A stretch of 64,000 nt of DNA, taken from positions 2,784,001 through 2,848,000 of the forward strand of contig CBDCDC010000002.1 in assembly GCA_965215195.1 (NCBI GenBank). Reading direction: 5' to 3'. Below are positions 1 to 9,919 of the stretch, in pieces (positions within the stretch are counted from its first letter, which is position 1; every line of letters begins with the position of its first letter). A program made the translations under genes and the position numbers. The notes beneath the pieces were generated by a model. It was not told where the DNA came from. It worked only from the letters and a program-made list of their open reading frames with translations, and did not search any database. The DNA is from Candidatus Latescibacterota bacterium (GTDB taxonomy: Bacteria; Latescibacterota; UBA2968; UBA8231).

Positions 1-1
1 A

Positions 2-586
2 GACCAGCTAAACATTTTGCGGATCGACAAATTCGACGCGCTCTTCCTCCACGACCCGCACGAGATAGAGCCGACCCTCGAAGCGGGTGGTGCGCTCGAA
101 GGGCTGGAACGGGTGCGCCAGCAGGGTGCCGTTGACTTCATCGGCTATGGCATGAGGCCCCACGACTTTCACCGCGCGCACATTGCTTCGGGCCGCACCG
201 ACGCCATGCTGTGCTTCAGCGACTACAACTTGCTCCGGCAGAGCGCAGCCGACGCGATCCTGCCCGCGGCTGTGGCCGCCGACCTCGGAGTACTCAACGG
301 CTGGTCGATCATGCGCGGCTGGCTGACGGGTGTGCCGGTGGAGTGCTTTATACCGCGCGACAAGTGGGGCGAGGACCAGCAGCGGGCCGAGGCCATGCGC
401 TTGTGGTGCGGCGAGCAGGGCATCGACATGCTGGAGCTGACGCTGCAATTTTGCCTGCGCGAGGAACGAATCCACGGCAACCCAATCGGCTCGCTGAACA
501 TTGAGCAGCTAGAGCGGAACGTCGCGGCCGCCATGGCCACTGTCGCGGACGAAACCATGGCCGCATTCAGGGCCGCGGCACTTTGA
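2..586 (+). CDS. Aldo/keto reductase (5' truncated by window edge)
   Basis: Frame open from base 2; AKR-like motifs DALFLHDP, GAVDFIGYG, YNLLRQ, GSLNIEQLERNV. Confidence 0.8.
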   Translation, partial: DQLNILRIDKFDALFLHDPHEIEPTLEAGGALEGLERVRQQGAVDFIGYGMRPHDFHRAHIASGRTDAMLCFSDYNLLRQSAADAILPAAVAADLGVLNGWSIMRGWLTGVPVECFIPRDKWGEDQQRAEAMRLWCGEQGIDMLELTLQFCLREERIHGNPIGSLNIEQLERNVAAAMATVADETMAAFRAAAL

Positions 587-604
587 ACGGGAGAAACCAC
601 GCGC

Positions 605-1375
605 ATGGGCGCTGCTGAAGCGTACTACGCACAGACGATGGAACTGTTGCAACGTCTGCGCGACACGCAAATGGACTCTATAGACCGAGCCGCCGAAATC
701 TGCACGGAGAGCATTGCCAACGGCGGGCTGGTCTTTCTCTTTGGGGCCGGGCACTCGCGGATGATGTGCGAGGAAATGACGCCGCGCCAAGGGTGTTTCG
801 TGGGCTTCTTTGCGTTGGTCGAGCTCGCGGTATCGACGCATGCGTCGATCGTCGGCACCAACGGGCTGCGCGGGCCACTCTTTTTGGAGAAGTGCGAAGG
901 CTACGCCGAGGAGATTCTCCAAGGGTTCGATTTCGGGCCGCACGACGCCTTTATCTTGATCTCGACGAGCGGCATTCGGCCCCTGATCGTGGAGATGGCC
1001 ATGGGCGCTAGGGCGCGGGGCTTGCCCGTAATCGCCATGCTGTCGAAGCCGCACGGCGACCAGTCGCCGCCAGCGCACTCCTCGGGCAAGAAGCTAATGG
1101 AGCTGGCCGACGTCGTCCTCGACAATCAATGTCCGCCCGGGGACTGCGTACTCGAGCTAGAGGGCTTGGAGTGGCGGACCGGGCCGGTATCAACGGTGAC
1201 CGGCGCGATGATGATGAATATGCTGCGCTGCGAGGTGGCCGAGCGGTTGCTGGCGCGGGGGATAAAGCCGGAGCTATTGCCGAGCCATCAGTTTGTGGGC
1301 AATGCAAGTGCAGAAGAGCAGCTAGAGCGATTTTACGAGGGCTACCGCAAGAGCCTCAAGCATTTGTACATGTAG
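605..1375 (+). CDS. SIS-domain sugar isomerase-like protein
   Basis: VFLFGAGHS and ILISTSG motifs of SIS proteins. Confidence 0.85.
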   Translation: MGAAEAYYAQTMELLQRLRDTQMDSIDRAAEICTESIANGGLVFLFGAGHSRMMCEEMTPRQGCFVGFFALVELAVSTHASIVGTNGLRGPLFLEKCEGYAEEILQGFDFGPHDAFILISTSGIRPLIVEMAMGARARGLPVIAMLSKPHGDQSPPAHSSGKKLMELADVVLDNQCPPGDCVLELEGLEWRTGPVSTVTGAMMMNMLRCEVAERLLARGIKPELLPSHQFVGNASAEEQLERFYEGYRKSLKHLYM

Positions 1376-1404
1376 GGGCGTCCCTTGTGGACGCTGCCCC
1401 TACA
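1371..1404. repeat. GTAG-type REP-like palindrome
   Basis: TGTAGGGGC(1371-1379)...GCCCCTACA(1396-1404) inverted repeat; related GTAG(G/A)GGCG motifs at 22475 and 49359. Confidence 0.5.
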
Positions 1405-1483
1405 ATATGCGTTCCGCCAGCCAACGTCTGACGCCCCTTGTGGGCACCCCGTCCCCATCGCCCCGATTCCAATTCACTAACCT

Positions 1484-2245
1484 ATGGGCACTCTCGAAAA
1501 CAAGGTTTGTCTAATTACCGGCTCTACCGGCATCGCCGAGGCCACGGCTCTCCACGCAGCCGAGGAAGGGGCCAAGGTCTTTGTCGCCTCGCGCACGGAA
1601 GATCATTGTAGGGCACTCGCCGAGAAATTGGGTGCCCAAGGGGCATATCGAGCAGCCGATCTGACGCAGCCGGAACAGGTCGCCGAGGCCGTGCGGGTCT
1701 GCGTGGACCAGTGGGGGCGGATCGATGGGTTGTTCAATGTGGCCGGGATCAGCGGGCGGCGCTTTGGCGATGGGCCGCTGCACGAGTGTACAGAGGAAGG
1801 GTGGGACGCGACGTTGGACGCCAACGCCAAGAGCGTGTTTTTGGTGTGCCGCGCCGTGCTGCAACAGATGTTGGCGCAAAAACGGGGGGCGATTCTCAAC
1901 ATGGCTAGTGTGTTGGCCTTTGCGCCGCAGCGGAGGTTTTTTGCTTCGCACGCCTATGCGGCCAGCAAGGGGGCGATTGTGTCGCTGAGCAAGGCTATGG
2001 CCAGCTACTACGCGCCGCACGGGATTCGGGTCAATGCCATTGCGCCGGCGCTGGTTGAGACGCCCATGAGCCAGCGGGCCGGAGCAAGCGCAGAGATCAT
2101 GGCGTTTATGCGCGACAAGCAGCCGCTCGGGGCGATGATGAGCGCGGCGGACGTGGCGGGGATGGCGGTCTTTTTGCTAGGGGAGCGAGCGCGGGCCATT
2201 ACCGGAACCGTGGTGACAGTAGATGCCGGTTGGTGCGTGAGCTAA
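1484..2245 (+). CDS. Short-chain dehydrogenase/reductase
   Basis: ITGSTGIA Rossmann motif, NVAG, YAASK catalytic motif, IRVNAIAP. Confidence 0.92.
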   Translation: MGTLENKVCLITGSTGIAEATALHAAEEGAKVFVASRTEDHCRALAEKLGAQGAYRAADLTQPEQVAEAVRVCVDQWGRIDGLFNVAGISGRRFGDGPLHECTEEGWDATLDANAKSVFLVCRAVLQQMLAQKRGAILNMASVLAFAPQRRFFASHAYAASKGAIVSLSKAMASYYAPHGIRVNAIAPALVETPMSQRAGASAEIMAFMRDKQPLGAMMSAADVAGMAVFLLGERARAITGTVVTVDAGWCVS

Positions 2246-2259
2246 CGCAAGGAGGACGC

Positions 2260-3237
2260 ATGAAAGAATACGTCATCGGCTTTGACGTGGGCGGCACTCG
2301 GGTCAAAAGCGGCGCGGTGACTCGGCGCGGGCGGATGCTGGCACCGGGCATCAACCCGTCGGGGTTTGCGCTGGGCATGGGCAATTTGCTCAAGACGCTG
2401 CAAGGAGAATGCGTGCGGATTGCCAAGCGGCTAGGCGGCGAGCCCCAGGCCATTGGCTTGGGCTTTCCCGGGGCCGTGGATCCCGAGGTCGGCGTGGTGT
2501 ACATGCCGGGGAAGATCAAGGGGCTGGAAGGCTATCCCATTGTCAAGCGGCTGGCCAAGGCCACGGGGATTCCAGTCGTCGCCGACAACGACGGCCGCGT
2601 CTCCATCTATGCCGAGCGGCACTACGGCCTAGCGCGGGATGTGGACTGGGCGGCTACCATCACCATCGGCACGGGCGTCGGGTCCGGGGTTTTGCTCGAC
2701 GGCAAAATTCTGCGCGACCCGCATCTCCAGTTCGGGACGCAGATGAGTCATATCGTCATGCAGGCCCTCGGCGGGCGGCTGTGCCTGACCAACGCGCGGG
2801 GCACGGCCGAGATGATGTGCTCGGCCACGGCCCTGACTCAGCAGGTGCGGGACGGGCTGGCGCGCGGCATTCCCTCGGTCTTGAGCGACCAGTACTTTAA
2901 GGATCCCAGCTCGATTGACTTCAAGGCCGCGATCCGCGGCGTGGTGCGCCAAGACCGGCTCTGCATGGACGAACTGGAACACTGGACCCGCAACTTGGGC
3001 TGGCTGCTGGTGAGCGCGGTACACGTGTATGCTCCCCAGCGGATCATCCTCAGCGGCGGAGCGACCCATGCGGCCGAGCACTTTCTCGAGCCGCTGCAAA
3101 AGCAAGTGAACGAACATTTATTTCGCTATCCAGCGGGTGCCGGCGTGCCAATTGTGCTGTCCAAGCTGCGCGACCACGCCGGCGTTTTGGGGACAGCGGC
3201 AATTGCTTGGGAAAAGGTGGATGGAGAAAAGACGTGA
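2260..3237 (+). CDS. ROK family sugar kinase
   Basis: IGFDVGGT, GFPG, DND, TIGTGVGSG motifs; GGAGG RBS before ATG 2260. Confidence 0.9.
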   Translation: MKEYVIGFDVGGTRVKSGAVTRRGRMLAPGINPSGFALGMGNLLKTLQGECVRIAKRLGGEPQAIGLGFPGAVDPEVGVVYMPGKIKGLEGYPIVKRLAKATGIPVVADNDGRVSIYAERHYGLARDVDWAATITIGTGVGSGVLLDGKILRDPHLQFGTQMSHIVMQALGGRLCLTNARGTAEMMCSATALTQQVRDGLARGIPSVLSDQYFKDPSSIDFKAAIRGVVRQDRLCMDELEHWTRNLGWLLVSAVHVYAPQRIILSGGATHAAEHFLEPLQKQVNEHLFRYPAGAGVPIVLSKLRDHAGVLGTAAIAWEKVDGEKT

Positions 3238-4274
3238 AAGAACAACCTCTGCGCACCACCGTCATCGGTTCCTACCCCTTCCCGAGCTGGCTCGAACACG
3301 CGGCTGAGCACCTCAATGCCTTCGGCCCAGACGATATTGCCGAGATGCAGGACGACGCGGTCGTTGCCGCGCTCGGCGACCAAGTGCGCGCCGGGTTGGA
3401 CGTTGTCACCGACGGCGAGCAAACCCGCTTTGATTTTAACCTTTCCTTTTACGGCTACATAGAAGGCATCGCTCTAGAGTCCGCGCCGCCGCGGCGCTTT
3501 GGTCCCCCGGCTCACGACCAGCGCGGGCGTCACGCAATCACTGGTGTGCTGCAAGCGCCGCACGGCTTGGGCGCGGTGGAGGAGTTTGCGCGGCTCAAGC
3601 GGCTGGCGCCAGCAGGGCCGACGCTCAAGGCGAGTGTGCCGGGGCCTTATACGTTGAGCGGCCGCTTGTTGCCCAACGACCAGTACCCGGACCGCTGGGC
3701 CGTGACCGAGGCCCTATTGCCGATTGTGCGGCGCGAGTTGGAGGCGCTCTGTGCGGCGGGTTGCACGGAGCTGACTGTTGATGAGCCGTCGATGAGTTGC
3801 TATGCCCACCGCGAGGACCCAGTGCGCTTTGTGGATATCTTCAACCGCACGGTCGAATCCGTCGTCGGACAGTGTCGGCTCTCGACCCACCTGTGCTTTG
3901 GCAACTACAAGGGCCGCGCCGTGGGGCTGCGCCGCTACGCGCCCATGTTCCCGGCGTTCTTGGACATGCAGGTCGATGAGATGCACGTCGAGATGGCCAG
4001 CCGCGAGTTCGCCGAACTGGAGATCATCGGCCCGATTGCCGCAAAGATGGATGTGGCGGTCGGGATCGTCGACGTCAAGAGCTACTACATTGAAACCGTA
4101 GAGGACATTGCGGCGCGGGTGGAGGCGTGCTTGGAGTATGCCCCGGCTGACAAGCTCTCTTTCGCGCCCGATTGTGGGCTGAGCCAAACGGCGCGCTGGG
4201 CCGCGAAGCAGAAGCTGGAGAACATGGTAGCTGGGGTGCGCGCCGCGCGGGAGAAGCGGGGGTATGCGCCGTAG
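3234..4274 (+). CDS. Cobalamin-independent methionine synthase II family protein
   Basis: TTVIGSYP, TDGEQTR, VDEP, HLCFGN, PDCGL; GTGA overlap with ROK stop. Confidence 0.88.
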   Translation: MKEQPLRTTVIGSYPFPSWLEHAAEHLNAFGPDDIAEMQDDAVVAALGDQVRAGLDVVTDGEQTRFDFNLSFYGYIEGIALESAPPRRFGPPAHDQRGRHAITGVLQAPHGLGAVEEFARLKRLAPAGPTLKASVPGPYTLSGRLLPNDQYPDRWAVTEALLPIVRRELEALCAAGCTELTVDEPSMSCYAHREDPVRFVDIFNRTVESVVGQCRLSTHLCFGNYKGRAVGLRRYAPMFPAFLDMQVDEMHVEMASREFAELEIIGPIAAKMDVAVGIVDVKSYYIETVEDIAARVEACLEYAPADKLSFAPDCGLSQTARWAAKQKLENMVAGVRAAREKRGYAP

Positions 4275-4400
4275 GCAGGAATCGGCGGCCAATTACAAGC
4301 ATTCTGGCGCGAGGGCGGACCCGCCCACACGCCGTGCGCGGCGTCGGCAGACGATGCGAATCGCAGGGTGGCGAGTGGGCGATATGGAGAAGCGGGAGGC

Positions 4401-5207
4401 CTAAGGCTTATGATCCGTATCGACGGGTGCTTCGTCGTTGTCTAGGAAGCGCTCGGTGGTATTGTGGGTCGCCGGGCTGGTGCGGAAATCGGCGATCCAA
4501 GGCTGGCGGAAATAGGCCTGCTTGTCGCGCGGCAGGCTGTGCAGCACCACCGGGGGGATCTTCAGCCGGTGCCAGTGGGTGGCCAAATGCGAATAGGCGT
4601 GGAGGATGGCGACGCGCGGGGTGTCGCGGCACCACACCGGGCCGGCGTGGCACAAGTTCTCGGTAAAAAAAATTGCGCTGCCGGCCGGGCAGGCATACGT
4701 GGTGAGGAAGGGACTGCGCTTGCCTGCTTCCAGCGACAGATGGTCCTCGTGGATGGGAAATTCCGACTTGTGGCTGCCGATCAAGAAATGGGTGCTCTGG
4801 TCTTCTAGGGCAATATCGGTCAATTCAAAAATAACCCGCACCATGCCGGCGTGGATGCGCCCGTTTTTCACCCGGTAGCCAAAAATGGGATCGGCTTGAC
4901 TGGGGCCGCCCCCGTGTAGCGGGCCGTGCTCCTCGCCCTTTTTGCGCCACGCGCAGCCACAGCCTTCCAGCCGGATATCCGGTCCGATTACTTCCCGAAT
5001 TACATCGACTACTTGGGGATGGTCAATCAGCACACTGGCCGGGCCGCCGGGCACGTCGCGCTGCTCGGGCGGCAGCGATTGGGGGTCGTGTTTGATGCGG
5101 TCGATCTGATCGACGATAGCGGCGACTTGGGTTGGCTCTAAGATGGCGGGGCGCACCAAAAAGCCGGTGAGGTCAAAGCGGAAGCGTTCTTCTGCGGTCA
5201 TGGCCAT
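4401..5207 (-). CDS. Phytanoyl-CoA dioxygenase (PhyH) family protein
   Basis: EERFRFDLTGFL start, LHGG, IGSHKS, FFTENLCHA. Confidence 0.82.
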   Translation of the reverse strand: MAMTAEERFRFDLTGFLVRPAILEPTQVAAIVDQIDRIKHDPQSLPPEQRDVPGGPASVLIDHPQVVDVIREVIGPDIRLEGCGCAWRKKGEEHGPLHGGGPSQADPIFGYRVKNGRIHAGMVRVIFELTDIALEDQSTHFLIGSHKSEFPIHEDHLSLEAGKRSPFLTTYACPAGSAIFFTENLCHAGPVWCRDTPRVAILHAYSHLATHWHRLKIPPVVLHSLPRDKQAYFRQPWIADFRTSPATHNTTERFLDNDEAPVDTDHKP

Positions 5208-5284
5208 GGGATATCTCCGAGGGAAGCGTTTTTCTGGTGGGTTTAGGAAACGGCCCGGTCTTGTGAAGCCGCGGACCGCCAGCC

Positions 5285-6418
5285 TCAGTTGACCCCCTGC
5301 ATGAGGCGTTGGGTGATGGAGCCTTCCTGGGTCAGGGCATAGACGATCACGTTGACCGCCATCTGATTGTAGCGCGGGTTGCTGCCCCAGCCTACGTTGT
5401 CGATGCCGACCATGCGGCCGCGGATGAAGTACCCATTGACGATGTCCCTCCAGTCAACTAGGCCCCCAGTACCGCCTTTCAAAGCGAAAAAGGCATTGAA
5501 AATGGGATGATCCAAGGGCAGGCGTTCTCTCCAGAAATCATACCCATCTACTAAGCCGCCGTACTTTACCAAGGCTTCGCGATGGTAACCTCCCATAACA
5601 AAGCCCCCGGACAGCATATAGCGGGCATAGTTTTCCATTTCGCTCTCGTTGAGGGATCCTTGGGGGATGAGAATGGGCAGTTCGAGTAGGCGTCTGTCGT
5701 CGTAAGTAATAGTGCCGATAAACTCGGCTGCGAGTCCGGTGTACTCGTTAATAACGTCGCACAGGGCCTCAATTGAGCGCAGATTCAAATTGCTGTAGCC
5801 CTGCAGTTGATCGGTAACGGCGCGGGCCGAAAGCACATGGGCTATTTTGATGAAGCCTTTGACCGCTTGGGGATCGCCGGGGTTTTGGATGACCATGGCC
5901 CGGTAGCGGCCGGTATCCATGCTGTTGACATCGAGCATCTCCAAGGCCATGTCGATTTTGTGCTCCGGCATCCGCGTGCTGGTCACCGAGGCGGAGACGA
6001 GCTTGGGCTCGAGCACGAGGCTGTTCGTGGTGCTAGCGGCAATCGGCTTGAACAAGCGAATGCCCGAGTTGCCGACGTGGCTGGAAATCAACGAGCGGAC
6101 GTTGAAGTTGGTCGTGGCCTGCACTTGATCGAGGCGGGCGGCGGCCAAGTGGACTTGGCGGCGGGCTAGCTGGCGCTTGGGCTTGGGGATTTTGCGCAGT
6201 TCTAAGGGCTTGGTCAGGCGGGGTTCGCGCTTGATGAATTTGGTGCTGAGAGGCCGAGGGGCTTTGGTCTCTACTTGCTGGAAGGGGTTGAGGGCGACGA
6301 AGACCAACGCGAGGCCAACGGCCAGCGCCAAGGACAGGAGTAACCCTCGGCGTTGGCGAGCGACCAACTCGGCGAGCTCAAAACCGGAAGCGGGAGAATT
6401 AAAGCGGGAAGAACTCAT
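5285..6418 (-). CDS. Membrane-anchored DUF4159-like protein
   Basis: N-terminal TM helix; C-terminal ARYMLSGGF, LPLDHPIFNAFF, MAVNVIVYALT; AGGAGG RBS before ATG 6418. Confidence 0.65.
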   Translation of the reverse strand: MSSSRFNSPASGFELAELVARQRRGLLLSLALAVGLALVFVALNPFQQVETKAPRPLSTKFIKREPRLTKPLELRKIPKPKRQLARRQVHLAAARLDQVQATTNFNVRSLISSHVGNSGIRLFKPIAASTTNSLVLEPKLVSASVTSTRMPEHKIDMALEMLDVNSMDTGRYRAMVIQNPGDPQAVKGFIKIAHVLSARAVTDQLQGYSNLNLRSIEALCDVINEYTGLAAEFIGTITYDDRRLLELPILIPQGSLNESEMENYARYMLSGGFVMGGYHREALVKYGGLVDGYDFWRERLPLDHPIFNAFFALKGGTGGLVDWRDIVNGYFIRGRMVGIDNVGWGSNPRYNQMAVNVIVYALTQEGSITQRLMQGVN

Positions 6419-6480
6419 CGCGCCCTCCTGAGTGGAAGCCAACAAATCGGTGCTCAAGATACCCCAATCCACTGCTGCAA

Positions 6481-6645
6481 TCAAGCTGGTGAACGAGCGG
6501 GGATTGCCCGGCTCGGGTTAAAAAAGACCTTTTGGCCGCGTTCGAGAAAGATAGGCCCTTGGACCGGATATTCGGCTGCGACATCCATGGCAAAGACCAG
6601 CAATTGGTCATCCGTCGAGCTCGGCACGTAGAGGTAGTAGCTCAT
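6481..6645 (-). pseudogene. 54-aa remnant, probably an internally deleted lactonase-type beta-propeller gene
   Basis: MSYYLYVPSSTDDQLLVFAMD...AEYPV; GAAGG RBS upstream. Confidence 0.4.
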
Positions 6646-6729
6646 GGTGTGATAGCCTTCTCTTAGTTAGGTTTGCGGTGAACTATGCAGCGCAGCCGGC
6701 CGGACCAACGTAACGCGCTGGAGGAAATT

Positions 6730-8298
6730 ATGACAGAGCAAATGGCCGCGCCCAACTACGGCATTATGTACAACTGGGACGGTGCGCCCCACGGCTACAG
6801 CGAGTACCCCCAATCGCTGGCGCAGTTCCTCGACAAGGTGTACGCGCCGTTGGCGGATACTCAGGTGGGGGCTTTGTGCTGGTGCGTGGGCGTCCACGAG
6901 GTGCCTTGGCCGTCGCAGCAATTGGATGTGGTAGGAGCATCGACCGAGCGGCGCTACGATTCCGTGCAGACTATGCGCCACACCGAAAACATCCGCGCCT
7001 TTTTCGAGCGGGGGGACGATTTGTACGGGGCGCTGGTGCAGCGCGGGCGCGATCTGGGCATGGCGGTGCTGCCGTCGCTGCGCATGAACGACAACCACTT
7101 CTGGGATTTGCGCCCGGGCGATCTGGGCGGCTTGCAACGGGCCGAGCTGACGCCGCTGCGGCAGCAGCACCCGGAGTGGCTTTTGGGCGAGGAGCAGGCA
7201 CCGGGCTGGGCTTCGACTTCGTGGAATATGGCCATCCCCCAAGTGCGGGCGTACCTCTTGCAGCGCGTCGTCGAAGCCTGCAGCTTGGCCGATTGGGACG
7301 GCGTCGAATTGGATTGGCAGCGGCACGCCTTTCACTTGCCAGCCGACGATGCGTACCGCCTGCGCTACGTTTTGACCGATCTCATGCGGGCCGTGCGGGC
7401 GCAGACCGCCCAGATCGCCCAAGAGCGAGGGCGGCCCTTTCACGTGGCCGTGCGGGTGGCCACGACCTTTGAAGCCTGCCGCCGCATTGGCTACGATGTC
7501 GAGACTTGGGTGCGAGATGGCTTGTGCGACGTGGTTATCAGCGGCGGCAATTCCGGGACCGATGTAGGGGCCGAGGTCGAGCGGTTTGTCGAGTTGTGCC
7601 GTCCCCACGGCGTGCGCTTCTACGCTGGCTTTGACTCGGACGGGCGGCAGCAAGCGCGGCGGCTGCGGCCCCACCGGGCGTGGCGGGTGGATTGGTTCCG
7701 CGGCTTGGCCCAAGACCAGCTAGCGCGCGGGGCGGACGGGGTGTACGCGTTCAACTGGCACGGCCATGCCCAGACGCACCGACCATTGCTCACCACGATG
7801 GGGTCGGCAGCAACGCTGACCGGCCTAGACAAAGTGTACACCGCCCTGCACCGCAGCATTGGCCCCAAGACCGGCAACCGGGTGGATGCCGAGCGCGACG
7901 ATCGCCTGTACGGCGAGGTTCCGGTGACGCTGTATCCCACCTCAACGGACAGTGGGCCGGTCTTCCACGTCCGCGTCGCCGACGAGGTCGAGACCGAGGG
8001 CCCGTTGGCTGCCGCCGAGTTGCAGATCGAAATGGCCCACTGGTCGCCTGCCGATCAGATCGAAGTGATGTTGGACGGGGTCGCGTTGCCAGTGCCAGTG
8101 GTGCGCGATGCCGCGGCCGAAGATGCGGCCGATCCGAGCGATGTGTCGGAGAACGCTTGGCTTTGCTGGCGCTTGACCGCGGCCCAAGTGGGGCGCGGCG
8201 TCCGCCAAGTGCGGCTGCGTCTGCTGGAGCGGGATGCGCGGCTGCGGGTGCCCTTGCGGGTTGAGCAAGTGGAAATCTATTTGCAGTACCGCCGATAG
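6730..8298 (+). CDS. Glycoside hydrolase-like TIM-barrel protein (GHL10/DUF187-like)
   Basis: MYNWDG, SLRMND, HPEWLL, WDGVELDW, GADGVYAFN; GGAGG RBS. Confidence 0.65.
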   Translation: MTEQMAAPNYGIMYNWDGAPHGYSEYPQSLAQFLDKVYAPLADTQVGALCWCVGVHEVPWPSQQLDVVGASTERRYDSVQTMRHTENIRAFFERGDDLYGALVQRGRDLGMAVLPSLRMNDNHFWDLRPGDLGGLQRAELTPLRQQHPEWLLGEEQAPGWASTSWNMAIPQVRAYLLQRVVEACSLADWDGVELDWQRHAFHLPADDAYRLRYVLTDLMRAVRAQTAQIAQERGRPFHVAVRVATTFEACRRIGYDVETWVRDGLCDVVISGGNSGTDVGAEVERFVELCRPHGVRFYAGFDSDGRQQARRLRPHRAWRVDWFRGLAQDQLARGADGVYAFNWHGHAQTHRPLLTTMGSAATLTGLDKVYTALHRSIGPKTGNRVDAERDDRLYGEVPVTLYPTSTDSGPVFHVRVADEVETEGPLAAAELQIEMAHWSPADQIEVMLDGVALPVPVVRDAAAEDAADPSDVSENAWLCWRLTAAQVGRGVRQVRLRLLERDARLRVPLRVEQVEIYLQYRR

Positions 8299-8310
8299 TC
8301 TGTCGCCTTA

Positions 8311-8373
8311 CTACACGACACCAGCCCTCAGCCTGCCAAGGATCGAGGGCATCTTGCCCTCGGCGAGGGCGGG
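8311..8373. repeat. Degenerate partial copy of the MITE/REP element found at 49419 and 59419
   Basis: TACACGACA (part of TIR) followed by GGATCGAGGGCATCTTGCCCTCGGCGAGGGCGGG. Confidence 0.6.
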
Positions 8374-8386
8374 GAAAGAGAAAATT

Positions 8387-8620
8387 ATGAAAAAGATTGA
8401 GACTGAGACGGACGACGAACTTCGTCCGGAGTACGATTTGAAGAGTTTACGGGTGAGAAAGGTTGGCCCTAAGCGGAAGAACTTCAGGGGACGATCGGTC
8501 CATTTGGAACCAGATGTCGCTGAGATTTTTCCGGATTCTGAGTCCGTGAACGAGGCACTGCGGTTTTTAATTCGAGTGACCCAAGAACATAAACCTGCAC
8601 TCACCAGCGCACCGCAATAG
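8387..8620 (+). CDS. BrnA-like antitoxin (orphan)
   Basis: DELRPEYDL...VHLEPDVAEIFPDSESVNEALRFLI pattern. Confidence 0.7.
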   Translation: MKKIETETDDELRPEYDLKSLRVRKVGPKRKNFRGRSVHLEPDVAEIFPDSESVNEALRFLIRVTQEHKPALTSAPQ

Positions 8621-8658
8621 AGGTGGTCGGGGCATACCCGAAACTTTGAGGAGGCGTC

Positions 8659-9915
8659 GTGAAAGTCACGGAGATAGAAGTACGCGAAATCAGCCTAGAG
8701 TACCAAGACTGGATCGCCTATCCGGTCAGCCATTACCAAGGCGTGACCCGGCGCACGGTGTACGTGGCCCACACCGATACCGGGCTGATCGGCCTAGGCG
8801 AGAGCGGCCGCACCGAGCCGCGGGAAGTAATCGACCAGTACCTAGGCAGTAATCCCTTCGAGTGGATGGGCGACGAAGTCTCCCTCGGGCTGGGCACGGC
8901 CATGTACGATTTGATGGGTCAGGCCGCAGGAGTGCCGGTGTACAAGCTCTTCGGCCAGAAGTACCGCTCGTGGGTGCCGGTGGGCAGTTGGACCGTGTCG
9001 AGCGCTCCCAGCCACATGGCCGAGGCCGTGGAGCGCTACGCCGCCCAAGGCTACACTTGGCTCAAGTTCCACTTGTCGCCCTTTGAGAACGTCTTCGACC
9101 AGACCGAGGCCATGCAGGCCGCGGCCCCGCCCGGCTTCAAGATCCACTACGATTTTACCGGCGGCGGCACCAATGACCACATACCGGATCTGCTGGCTAG
9201 GTTGGCCCAATATCCCATTGCCGGCTGCTTTGAAGATTCGCTCAATGCCGGCGACACCTTGGCGTCGATTGACTTGCGCCGGCGCATTCCCCTGCCCATC
9301 GTGCGCCACCAAGCGCCGCTGAACGCCACGTACGAGGTGCTGATGGGGGCGGGAGACGTGTACATGCGCGGCCACCAGAAAATTGGCGAGGCGATCCGCG
9401 CCGCGGGCCTGTTCGCCGCTGGCAATATACCGTTTATGTTGCAAAACGTGGGCGGCGCGATCACCCGAGCCATGGTTTGCCACATGATGGCGGCCTTTCC
9501 CTCCGCCACCTTCCACTTTATCGACAGCAGCGAAATTCTCAAGGACGAAGTGGTGCGCGAGTGCCTAGAGCCGATCAATGGGCTTATTCGAGTGCCGGAA
9601 AAGCCGGGCTTGGGCCTGACTCTGGACCGCGGCGAGTTGGAACGGCTAACGAACCGGGAATTGCCGCCCGTCGAACCGTGGATCGTCAAATCGCAATTCG
9701 CCAATGGGACGCGCATGTACAATAGATACGACCCTCTGACGACGCGCCATTTCCTGATTCGGCCCGACTGGACCCGCGGCGGGCTGCCCCATAGCTACGC
9801 CGCGCCCATTGAGACCGAGTACTGGGACGACGACGGCACGCCCGAATTCGCCCGGATGATGGCGCGGTTGGTGGACGAGGGAACGGTATTGGAGGAAGGT
9901 TTTGCGGCCGGTTAG
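8659..9915 (+). CDS. Mandelate racemase/muconate lactonizing enzyme family protein
   Basis: GLIGLGE, AMYDLMGQAAGVPVYKLFG, KFH, PEKPGLG. Confidence 0.88.
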   Translation: MKVTEIEVREISLEYQDWIAYPVSHYQGVTRRTVYVAHTDTGLIGLGESGRTEPREVIDQYLGSNPFEWMGDEVSLGLGTAMYDLMGQAAGVPVYKLFGQKYRSWVPVGSWTVSSAPSHMAEAVERYAAQGYTWLKFHLSPFENVFDQTEAMQAAAPPGFKIHYDFTGGGTNDHIPDLLARLAQYPIAGCFEDSLNAGDTLASIDLRRRIPLPIVRHQAPLNATYEVLMGAGDVYMRGHQKIGEAIRAAGLFAAGNIPFMLQNVGGAITRAMVCHMMAAFPSATFHFIDSSEILKDEVVRECLEPINGLIRVPEKPGLGLTLDRGELERLTNRELPPVEPWIVKSQFANGTRMYNRYDPLTTRHFLIRPDWTRGGLPHSYAAPIETEYWDDDGTPEFARMMARLVDEGTVLEEGFAAG

Positions 9916-9919
9916 TTCC

